Assembly: GCA_041742355.1 (NCBI GenBank)
Contig: JBGSIV010000299.1
Coordinates: 7,912-71,911, forward strand
Direction: 5' to 3'
DNA length: 64,000 nt
Source of the DNA: Candidatus Zixiibacteriota bacterium
GTDB taxonomy: Bacteria; Zixibacteria; MSB-5A5; GN15; FEB-12
Shown here: positions 8,050 through 15,702 of the stretch, in pieces
Numbering within the stretch: position 1 is the stretch's first letter
Layout: each line of letters starts with the position of its first letter
Made by a program: the position numbers and the translations under genes
The notes under the pieces: model-generated
Seen by the model: the letters and a program-made list of their open reading frames with translations, nothing else
What the model was told of the DNA's origin: nothing
Database searches by the model: none

Positions 8050-10055
8050 GCGACATGCGATTCACTTCAGCCGCAGATGTCGACGAGTATCGCCGGAAGC
8101 TGATCAGGCAGAGGAATGACGACAAGACGATCATCGCGCTCTGCGCCGGCACCGGTTGCCTCGCGTGCGGCTGCGAAGCGGTGAGCGAGGCTTTCCGAGA
8201 AGCTCTTGCCGGCAGCAACCTCGAGCGAGAGGTCGAACTCAAACGCACCGGCTGTCACGGCTTCTGCGAGCGCGGTCCGCTGGCCGTGATCCAGCCCCAG
8301 GGGGTCTTCTACCAGAAGCTCAAGCCGGCCGACGCGAAGCTCATTGTCGAGCAGACAATCAAAGGGGGGCAACTGGTCAAGCGGCTGCTTTACCGCGATC
8401 CGCAAACGAAGGAGACGATCGTCCACGAGAAGGACATCCCTTTCTACAAGAAGCAGATGCGCCTAATATTCGGCAAGAACGGCTTCATGGACCCGACCGC
8501 GATCAACGACTACATCGCACTCGGTGGGTACAGTGCTGTCGTCAAAGCGCTGCGGATGAAGCCCGAAGACATCATCAAAGAAATCACTCTCTCCGGCCTT
8601 CGCGGGCGCGGCGGCGGCGGGTATCCGACGGGACGGAAATGGGCTTCATGCCGCAAGGCCAAGGGCACCCCGAAGTACATCATCTGCAACGCCGATGAAG
8701 GCGATCCCGGCGCTTTCATGGACCGTTCGCTTTTGGAGGGGAATCCTCATTCGGTGGTCGAAGGGATGATTATCGGCGCCTATGCGATCGGCTGCAGCGA
8801 GGGGTTTGTGTACGTTCGCAATGAATATCCCCTTGCGGTGAAGAATCTCGTACACGCCATCAAGACGGCGCGTGAGTGCGGCCTGCTCGGCCAGAACATT
8901 CTCGGCACCGGCTTCAATTTTGACATTGATATATCACGCGGCGGCGGCGCTTTTGTCTGCGGTGAATCGACCGCCCTGATGGCGTCTCTCGAAGGAAAGA
9001 CCGGCGAGCCTCGCGCCAAGTACATCCACACGGTTGAGGCCGGCCTCTGGGACAAGCCGAGCTGTCTGAACAATGTCGAGACCTGGGCCAATGTCCCGAT
9101 CATCATCGAGATGAACGCGACCAAGTACGCCGAAATCGGCACCTCGGGTTCGAAAGGGACCAAGGTCTTCGCCCTGACCGGGAAGGTAAACAACACCGGT
9201 CTCGTCGAGGTCCCGATGGGGATCACGTTGCGCGAGATCCTCTACGATATCGGCGGCGGCGTGCGGGGGAAGAAACGCTTCAAAGCGGTCCAGACAGGCG
9301 GGCCATCCGGCGGCACGCTGATAGTGGAAACGGGGGAGAGGGGGATCCACGACAGCATGGTCGCCCACGGTGACCTGCGGGAGGATGAGGAAGCGGTCAA
9401 CCTGCTCGATCTGCCGGTCGATTTCGATGAGCTGACCAAGGACGGCTCGATGATGGTCTCTGGCGGCATGATCGTAATGGACGAAGACTCCTGCATGGTC
9501 GATGTCGCCCGGTACTTCCTGACCTTCCTCAAGGAGGAGAGCTGCGGCAAGTGTCTTCCCTGCCGCGAAGGTATCCGGCGGATGCTGGAGATCCTCACGC
9601 GCATCAGCGACGGCGAGGGGGCAATGGAGGATCTCGCGGAGCTCGAGGAGATGAGCCAGGTGCTGATCGACACCAGCCTGTGTCAGCTCGGCGGAAGCGC
9701 GCCCAACCCGATCCTCTCGACGATCCGCTACTTCCGCCAGGAGTACAAGGCGCACATTCTCGACAAGCGATGCCCGGCCGGCGTGTGCAAGGCCCTGGTC
9801 TCGCACGCGATCACCGAGAAGTGCACCGGCTGCCGCTCCTGCGCCAAGCCCTGTCCCACCGCGGCTATCATCGGCGAATCAAAAGGCCTGCACCACATCA
9901 TCCAGGAGAAGTGCATCCAGTGCGGCGCCTGCTACCAGATCTGCAAGCACGATGCCATCGTGCGGGTGAAGCGCGGCGACGGTGATGCGGTACAAGCCCG
10001 CGCCGCCGGACTGTGGAAAGGTAAACCCAAAGCCGAACCCGTGGCGGTCGCATAG
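8046..10055 (+). CDS. NuoF/HoxF/HydB-like NAD(H)-binding FMN subunit with an N-terminal Trx-like 2Fe-2S domain and a C-terminal 2x[4Fe-4S] domain
   Basis: GLRGRGGGGYPTGRKW (FMN), ICNADEGDPGAFMDR (NADH), ESCGKCLPCREG (4Fe-4S). N-terminal CAGTGCLACGC...CHGFCERGP. C-terminal CTGCRSCAKPCP and CIQCGACYQICK. Confidence 0.9.
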   Translation: MSDMRFTSAADVDEYRRKLIRQRNDDKTIIALCAGTGCLACGCEAVSEAFREALAGSNLEREVELKRTGCHGFCERGPLAVIQPQGVFYQKLKPADAKLIVEQTIKGGQLVKRLLYRDPQTKETIVHEKDIPFYKKQMRLIFGKNGFMDPTAINDYIALGGYSAVVKALRMKPEDIIKEITLSGLRGRGGGGYPTGRKWASCRKAKGTPKYIICNADEGDPGAFMDRSLLEGNPHSVVEGMIIGAYAIGCSEGFVYVRNEYPLAVKNLVHAIKTARECGLLGQNILGTGFNFDIDISRGGGAFVCGESTALMASLEGKTGEPRAKYIHTVEAGLWDKPSCLNNVETWANVPIIIEMNATKYAEIGTSGSKGTKVFALTGKVNNTGLVEVPMGITLREILYDIGGGVRGKKRFKAVQTGGPSGGTLIVETGERGIHDSMVAHGDLREDEEAVNLLDLPVDFDELTKDGSMMVSGGMIVMDEDSCMVDVARYFLTFLKEESCGKCLPCREGIRRMLEILTRISDGEGAMEDLAELEEMSQVLIDTSLCQLGGSAPNPILSTIRYFRQEYKAHILDKRCPAGVCKALVSHAITEKCTGCRSCAKPCPTAAIIGESKGLHHIIQEKCIQCGACYQICKHDAIVRVKRGDGDAVQARAAGLWKGKPKAEPVAVA

Positions 10056-10058
10056 GAG

Positions 10059-11822
10059 ATGAATATGGCACAGGTTCATGTCAACATAGACGGCCACGAT
10101 ATCGTGATGGAGGAAGGGGCTTATGTGCTCGAGGGAGCACGATCGCTGGGTATTCGCATCCCGACCCTCTGCCACTACCCGTACATGACGCCGTATGCCG
10201 CCTGCCGCATTTGCGCGGTGGAGGCCCGCGACGGCAAGGGCTGGACCAAGATCGTCACTGCGTGCAACTACCCCGTGTGGGACGGTCTGGAAATTCACAC
10301 CGGCACCCCGCGGGTGATGAACGCCCGGCGAGTCAACCTCGAGATGCTTATGAGCCGCAGTGCGCCGGTTCCGGTGCTGCAGCAACTCGCCGATGAACTT
10401 GGTATCGAGAAACCCCGCTGGGGCACGGGCGACGATACCTGCATCCTGTGCGGGTTGTGCGTGCGCGTGTGCGACGAAGTCGTCGGTGCGCACGCGCTGG
10501 CGTTCAGCGACCGGGGGATCTTCCGCAAAGTAGCGACTCCCTTCGGCGGCCAGAGCGATGACTGCATTCTCTGCGGGGCGTGTGCCAAAGTCTGCCCGAC
10601 CGGGCATATCGCCCTTGACGATATCAACCAGCGGCAGGTGGTTCACCGGGATATCAGCCTCGCTCCCAACTCGGCGATCAGCCTGCCGTTCCGACAGGCG
10701 GTGCCCAACGTGCCGAGGATAGAACCGGAGCACTGCATTCACTTCAACACCGGCGGCTGCAAAGTCTGCTCGCAGGTGTGTCCGAAAGACTGCATTCAAT
10801 ACGATGACACCGAACAGATCGAGGAGATCGAAGTGGGGGCGGTCATTCTCGCGACCGGCTTCGACAGCTTCGATCCGAGCGTGATGAAGCAGTACGGCTA
10901 CGGCCGGTATCCGAATGTGGTGACCGCCGAGCAGTTCGAGATGATGAACAACGCGGCCGGTCCGACCGGCGGGCGAATCCTGCTGGAGAACGGGGAAGAG
11001 CCGCGGGCGATTGGCATCGTCCACTGCGTCGGCAGCCGCGATCAGAACCATCATAAGTACTGCAGCCGCGTCTGCTGCATGTATGCCTTCAAGTTCTCAC
11101 ATTTGGTCAAGGAGAAGACGAAAGCCGAGGTCTACCAGTTCTACATCGACATCCGCAGCTATGGCAAGGGCTACGAGGAATTCTATCAGCGGATTCTCGA
11201 TGAGGACGTGAACATCATCCGGGGTCGCGGCGCCGAGGTCGTTCCGGCTTCGTACCGTCGGACCGAAGAGGGGCAACTCCTCGTGCGGTGTGAGGACACG
11301 CTCATCGGGAAATTCCGCGAGGTGCCGGTCGATATGGTGATCCTCTGCACCGCGCTGGAGGCCCGGGCCGACGCCAAGGAGGTAGCCCGCAAGTTCAATA
11401 TCTCCACCGGCGCGGACGGCTGGTTTATTGAAGCTCACCCGAAACTCGGGCCGGTGTCGACGACCACCGACGGCGTTTACCTCGCCGGCGCCTGCCAGAG
11501 TCCGAAGGACATTCCGGACACCGTCTCGCAGGGGGGCGCGGCCGCCTCGCACGTGCTCAAGCTCCTCTGCCTTGGCGAGATCCTGCTCGACGCGGCCTTT
11601 GCCGAGATTCGCGAGGAGAATTGCAGCGGCTGCCGCATCTGCAACGGGTTGTGTCCGTACAACGCCATCGATTTCATCGCCGAGAAGAAGGTGAGCAAGG
11701 TGAACGCGGCGATGTGCAAAGCCTGCGGAACCTGCGTGGCGGCCTGTCCCACCGGGGCCATTGTGGGCAAACACTTCACTGACGAGCAGATTTACGCTCA
11801 GATCGAGGGGATACTCACATGA
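10059..11822 (+). CDS. hdrA: Fusion protein: HoxU/NuoG-N-terminal-like 2Fe-2S plus 2x[4Fe-4S] domain joined to the C-terminal half of HdrA
   Basis: N-terminal region: TLCHYP..AACRICAV..VTACNYPV, CILCGLCVRVCDE, CILCGACAKVCP. From about residue 205 the sequence is HdrA-like: LPFRQAVPNVP, CKVCSQVCP, AVILATGFDSFDP, QYGYGRYPNVVT, HCVGSRDQNHHKYCSRVCCMY, GVYLAGACQSPKDIPDTV, CSGCRICNGLCP, CKACGTCVAACP. ATG 10065 has better spacing from AGGAG than ATG 10059. Confidence 0.85.
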   Translation: MNMAQVHVNIDGHDIVMEEGAYVLEGARSLGIRIPTLCHYPYMTPYAACRICAVEARDGKGWTKIVTACNYPVWDGLEIHTGTPRVMNARRVNLEMLMSRSAPVPVLQQLADELGIEKPRWGTGDDTCILCGLCVRVCDEVVGAHALAFSDRGIFRKVATPFGGQSDDCILCGACAKVCPTGHIALDDINQRQVVHRDISLAPNSAISLPFRQAVPNVPRIEPEHCIHFNTGGCKVCSQVCPKDCIQYDDTEQIEEIEVGAVILATGFDSFDPSVMKQYGYGRYPNVVTAEQFEMMNNAAGPTGGRILLENGEEPRAIGIVHCVGSRDQNHHKYCSRVCCMYAFKFSHLVKEKTKAEVYQFYIDIRSYGKGYEEFYQRILDEDVNIIRGRGAEVVPASYRRTEEGQLLVRCEDTLIGKFREVPVDMVILCTALEARADAKEVARKFNISTGADGWFIEAHPKLGPVSTTTDGVYLAGACQSPKDIPDTVSQGGAAASHVLKLLCLGEILLDAAFAEIREENCSGCRICNGLCPYNAIDFIAEKKVSKVNAAMCKACGTCVAACPTGAIVGKHFTDEQIYAQIEGILT

Positions 11823-12262
11823 GCTTTGAACCGAGAATCATCGGCTTCCTCTGCAACTGGTGCAGCTACACGGGAGCCGATCTGGCCGGTACCGCCCGGA
11901 TGAAGTACCCGCCCAACATGACCAGCATCCGCGTCATGTGCAGCGGGCGTATCGACCCCGGGTTCATCCTGAGCTCGTTTCGCAAGGGGGCCGACGGCGT
12001 GCTCGTGTGCGGCTGCCATCCGGGCGACTGCCACTATGTCGAGGGAAACTACAAGTGCCTGCGCCGGATGCTCCTGACCCGACAGCTGATCAAGGACTTC
12101 GGTATCGATCCCGTCCGGCTGCGCCTTGAATGGGTGTCGGCCTCGGAGGGAGCCCGCTTCCAGGAAGTCATTACCGAATTCACCGAGCAGATCCGGTCGC
12201 TCGGTCCACTCAAACTCGGCGGCCTCGTTCCCGAAGTGGAACGGACCGCAGTGCACACCTGA
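11819..12262 (+). CDS. mvhD: Methyl-viologen-reducing hydrogenase delta subunit (MvhD/FlpD family)
   Basis: IIGFLCNWCSYTGADLAG, IRVMCSGRIDP and GVLVCGCHPGDCHY form the canonical MvhD pattern. ATGA overlap with the upstream gene. Confidence 0.9.
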   Translation: MSFEPRIIGFLCNWCSYTGADLAGTARMKYPPNMTSIRVMCSGRIDPGFILSSFRKGADGVLVCGCHPGDCHYVEGNYKCLRRMLLTRQLIKDFGIDPVRLRLEWVSASEGARFQEVITEFTEQIRSLGPLKLGGLVPEVERTAVHT

Positions 12263-12273
12263 GCGAGGCATAC

Positions 12274-13245
12274 ATGGCAAAACCGAAACTGGCCATCTAC
12301 TGGGCGGCCTCCTGCGGCGGCTGTGATATCGCCATCCTCGATATCGAGGAGAAGATCCTCGGGGTGGTTGATTTCTTCGACCTGGTTTTCTGGCCGTGCG
12401 CAATGGATATCAAGTACGACGATGTCCGGGCTATGCCGGACAAGTCAATTACCCTGACGCTTTTCAACGGCGCTATCCGCAACTCGGAGAACTATGAGAT
12501 GGCCCACCTGCTGCGGCAGAAGTCGGTGGTGCTCTGTGCGTTCGGAAGCTGCGCTGCCGACGGATGCATACCGGGACTGGCCAATTTCTGCCACAAGCAG
12601 GACATTCTCGAGTATGTCTACCACAAATCCCCATCCCTGGACAATCCGAACGGGACCATTCCGCAAGTCGAATGCCGTGTCCCCGAAGGCCGGCTGACTA
12701 TTCCGGAGATGTGGGACAGCGTCTTCTCGCTCGGCCAAACCGTCCCGGTCGATGTGATCATTCCGGGCTGCCCGCCGCAGTCGGACCAGATTGCAGCGGT
12801 GGTAGCGACGGTGATCGACATCCTGAAAACCGGCAAGCCGCTGCCTCCTGCCGGAACCGTTCTCGGTGCGACCGACAAGAGCTGCTGCGACGAGTGCCCC
12901 CGCGAACGCAACGTCAAGAAGATCAAGAAATTCGTCCGTCCATTCGAGGTGGTCACTGATCCCGATATCTGTCTGATGGAGCAGGGGATCATCTGCAACG
13001 GCCCTGCGACCCGCTCCGGGTGCGGCGCGAAGTGCGTCAAAGCCGGCGTGCCCTGCCGTGGCTGCTACGGCCTGCCCATTAACGTCCGCGATCAGGGGGC
13101 CAAGATGGTTTCCGCTATCGCCAGTGTCATCGATTCCAACGATCCGGAGGAGATCGAACGGATTATCGCCACAATCCCCGATCCGGTCGGCACATTCTAC
13201 CGATTCAGCCTGCCCGGCTCGATGTTGCGGAGGGTGCAGTCATGA
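12274..13245 (+). CDS. mvhG: Group 3 [NiFe]-hydrogenase small subunit (MvhG-like)
   Basis: The true start is ATG 12274 (MAKPKLAIYWAASCGGCDIAILD), not 12130. Motifs: AFGSCAADGCIPG, IIPGCPP, and the C-terminal Cys clusters CCDECP..CNGPATRSGCGAKCVKAGVPCRGC. Confidence 0.85.
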   Translation: MAKPKLAIYWAASCGGCDIAILDIEEKILGVVDFFDLVFWPCAMDIKYDDVRAMPDKSITLTLFNGAIRNSENYEMAHLLRQKSVVLCAFGSCAADGCIPGLANFCHKQDILEYVYHKSPSLDNPNGTIPQVECRVPEGRLTIPEMWDSVFSLGQTVPVDVIIPGCPPQSDQIAAVVATVIDILKTGKPLPPAGTVLGATDKSCCDECPRERNVKKIKKFVRPFEVVTDPDICLMEQGIICNGPATRSGCGAKCVKAGVPCRGCYGLPINVRDQGAKMVSAIASVIDSNDPEEIERIIATIPDPVGTFYRFSLPGSMLRRVQS

Positions 13246-14723
13246 AGGAAATCGTCATCGATCCGATCACCCGCCTGGAGGGACACGGCAAGATCCACCT
13301 GTTCGTCAAGGACGACGGCAACCTGGCCAACGCCTATTTCCAGGTGCCCGAGCTCCGGGGTTTCGAACGATTCTGCGTGGGGCGGCCGGTCGAGGAAATG
13401 TGCCGCATCACGACGCGCATTTGTGGCGTTTGCCCCGATGCCCATCACATGGCGGCTGCGAAGGCGGCCGACGCGGTCTACGGCGTAACCATCCCATCGG
13501 CAGCGCGGAAGCTCCGCGAACTCATGTACAACGGCTTCTACGCCGGCGACCACACGACCCACTTCTACGCCCTCGGCGGACCAGATTTCGTGTGCGGTCC
13601 CGACGCACCCAAGGCCGAGCGGAATATCCTTGGAGTCATTGCCAAGGTCGGGCTCGATGCCGGCAAGGCGGTGATCGCCCAACGCGCACGAGGCCAGCGG
13701 ATAATCGAAATCATCGGCGGCAAGAAAGTCCACCCGGTGACCTCCCTGCCCGGCGGGTTGTCGAAGCGGGTCACGAAAGAAGAGCAGCAGGAAGTTATCG
13801 AGATCGGCCGCCAGATGGTCGAGTTCGGCAAGTTCACGATCAAGGTTCTCAATGACATCGTCCTCGCCAACAAGGCCTACGTCGATCTCATCCTGTCCGA
13901 CATGTTTACCCACAAGACCTACAACATGGGCCTGGTCGACGCCAACAACAAGGTGACATTCTACGACGGCATGGTCCGGGTCACTGGACCCGACGGCAAG
14001 GAGCGGCACAAGTACGAGCCGAGGGACTATCTCCAGTATGTGGCCGAACATGTCGAGCCATACTCTTACCTGAAGTACCCGTACCTCAAACAGGTTGGAT
14101 GGAAGGGGATGGTCGACGGAATCGAATCGGGTGTCTACAAGGCGAGCCCGTTGAGTCGGCTGAACGTATCTGACGGCATGGCGACGCCGCTGGCGCAGGC
14201 CGAATACGAGCGCTTCTACGAAACGCTGACCGGCGATCGCTCAGGCCGTACGCCGGTCCACTCAACGCTCGCCACCCACTGGGCCCGCGTGGTCGAACTA
14301 GTGTTTGCCTGCGAGGCCGTTCTCCAGCAGGCTCAGGACGATGAAATTACGTCCGACAAGGTGCTTAATCCGCCGACGGGGATTGTCGGCGAGGGGGTCG
14401 GCATTGTCGAAGCCCCGCGCGGCACCCTCACGCATCACTACAAGACCGACGGGAACGGTATCATCACAGAGGCCAACCTGATTGTCGGCACGACCAACAA
14501 CAACGCCGCCATTTCGATGTCGATCAAGAAAGCGGCGGAAGGTCTTATCCGAGCCGGTCAGCCGATAACCGACGGCGTGCTCAACAGAATCGAAATGGCG
14601 TTCCGGGCGTACGACCCGTGTTTCGGTTGTGCCACTCACAGCCTGCCGGGCGAAATGCCTTTGGAACTGATCATACATGAGGCGGAGAGCGGCGAGGTGA
14701 TCCAAACCGTCAGGAGGTTCTGA
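13242..14723 (+). CDS. mvhA: Group 3 [NiFe]-hydrogenase large subunit (MvhA-like)
   Basis: N-terminal RLEGHGKI and RICGVCPDAHH (RxCGxCxxxH). C-terminal DPCFGCATH (DPCxxCxxH), followed by a roughly 27-aa extension that would be removed by the endopeptidase. Confidence 0.9.
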   Translation: MKEIVIDPITRLEGHGKIHLFVKDDGNLANAYFQVPELRGFERFCVGRPVEEMCRITTRICGVCPDAHHMAAAKAADAVYGVTIPSAARKLRELMYNGFYAGDHTTHFYALGGPDFVCGPDAPKAERNILGVIAKVGLDAGKAVIAQRARGQRIIEIIGGKKVHPVTSLPGGLSKRVTKEEQQEVIEIGRQMVEFGKFTIKVLNDIVLANKAYVDLILSDMFTHKTYNMGLVDANNKVTFYDGMVRVTGPDGKERHKYEPRDYLQYVAEHVEPYSYLKYPYLKQVGWKGMVDGIESGVYKASPLSRLNVSDGMATPLAQAEYERFYETLTGDRSGRTPVHSTLATHWARVVELVFACEAVLQQAQDDEITSDKVLNPPTGIVGEGVGIVEAPRGTLTHHYKTDGNGIITEANLIVGTTNNNAAISMSIKKAAEGLIRAGQPITDGVLNRIEMAFRAYDPCFGCATHSLPGEMPLELIIHEAESGEVIQTVRRF

Positions 14724-15229
14724 TGAGTTCGACGCTGGTGCTGTGCCTTGGCAACGACGTCCTGTCGGATGATGCATTCGGCTTTCACCTGGCCCGGCGA
14801 CTGCAGGAACAGGAGGAACTGGAGGGCAAAGCGGATGTGCAGTTTGCCCCGTTGGCAGGCTTCAATCTGCTGCCGCTGCTCCAGAACCACGAACGGCTCC
14901 TGATTGTCGATACCATCGTCACCGGTCGGGCGCTGCCGGGGACCATCCACTTCTTTCCGATGGGCGAAGAGACTCCCTCGCGTCTGTTGACCTCCAGCCA
15001 CCAGATCAGCCTGCCCCACGCGCTTGCCCTCGGACGGGCGCTCGGCATGGCCATGCCGGAGAGCATCGATGTTCTGGCGGTGGAAGCGCAGGATGTGTGC
15101 ACGCTCAGTGAGGAGATGACTCCGCCGGTGGAGGAGGCACTCGAACCGGCCCTCAGCCGGGTCGCCGAATGGATCGCCACGTCACTATCGGAGGAATACC
15201 ATGGAGGATTCGAACCGCAGGTCAACTAA
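14723..15229 (+). CDS. Hydrogenase maturation endopeptidase (HycI/HoxW/FrhD family)
   Basis: LVLCLGNDVLSDDAFG (GNxxxxDDxxG), LLIVDTI and SSHQISL. The ATG shares 1 nt with the mvhA stop. Confidence 0.85.
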   Translation: MSSTLVLCLGNDVLSDDAFGFHLARRLQEQEELEGKADVQFAPLAGFNLLPLLQNHERLLIVDTIVTGRALPGTIHFFPMGEETPSRLLTSSHQISLPHALALGRALGMAMPESIDVLAVEAQDVCTLSEEMTPPVEEALEPALSRVAEWIATSLSEEYHGGFEPQVN

Positions 15230-15506
15230 GCCGCCCGACTGCACCCCGCAGCGATGTCCCGAATGCCAGGGACGAGGATGGACCGACAACCGCTGCCTGA
15301 CGCCTGACCATGCGCACCGGTGCTCGTACTGCGACGGCAAGGGGTTTAATGCCCTGGAAAACACCTGTTTCGCGTGCCACGGTACGGGGCAGATAGAAGT
15401 GCGGCAAATCGATAAAGCGCCTTGCCCGCTCTGCTCCGGAGCCGGCGTCTACCCGGTGCCGGAATCTATGACGCTGGCCGAATTCGCTTTTCGTCCGCGT
15501 TCCTGA
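15201..15506 (+). CDS. Stand-alone DnaJ-type cysteine-rich zinc-finger protein (4x CxxCxGxG)
   Basis: CPECQGRG, CSYCDGKG, CFACHGTG, CPLCSGAG. GGAGG lies 6 nt upstream of the ATG. It overlaps the protease gene by 29 nt. Confidence 0.6.
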   Translation: MEDSNRRSTKPPDCTPQRCPECQGRGWTDNRCLTPDHAHRCSYCDGKGFNALENTCFACHGTGQIEVRQIDKAPCPLCSGAGVYPVPESMTLAEFAFRPRS

Positions 15507-15702
15507 AGCTGGATCAGCGATAGGAAACCGGCCGGTTCCCCCGGGAAACGGGGAGCCCGGGGTTGCGCTGTAGTCTGGTGCAGTCGCACGCTACCGCCGC
15601 CGTGAGTTCATACTGCCGGGAGATCTCTGCGGGGAGGATCCGGCGATGGCGAGTCACATGACCATCCGCCGGTCCATTATCAAACGCACGGCCGTCGTCC
15701 GT

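Noticed and set aside
9879-11054. Large antisense ORFs inside confidently assigned genes, e.g. 6533-7477(-), 8934-9806(-), 9879-11054(-), 13197-14051(-), 22637-23533(-), 28779-29831(+), 42988-44397(+), 47367-48332(-), 49296-50645(-), 50507-51964(-), 52067-53734(-), 60873-62081(-)
   Set aside because: These are typical high-GC shadow ORFs. They are Arg/Gly/Pro/His-rich with no recognisable domains, and each lies fully inside a gene on the opposite strand that has strong family signatures.
15507-15702. Possible terminator between the convergent zinc-finger gene and tamB (GGAAACCGGCCGGTTCCC)
   Set aside because: The palindrome is imperfect and short, with no flanking T- or A-tract. The support is insufficient.
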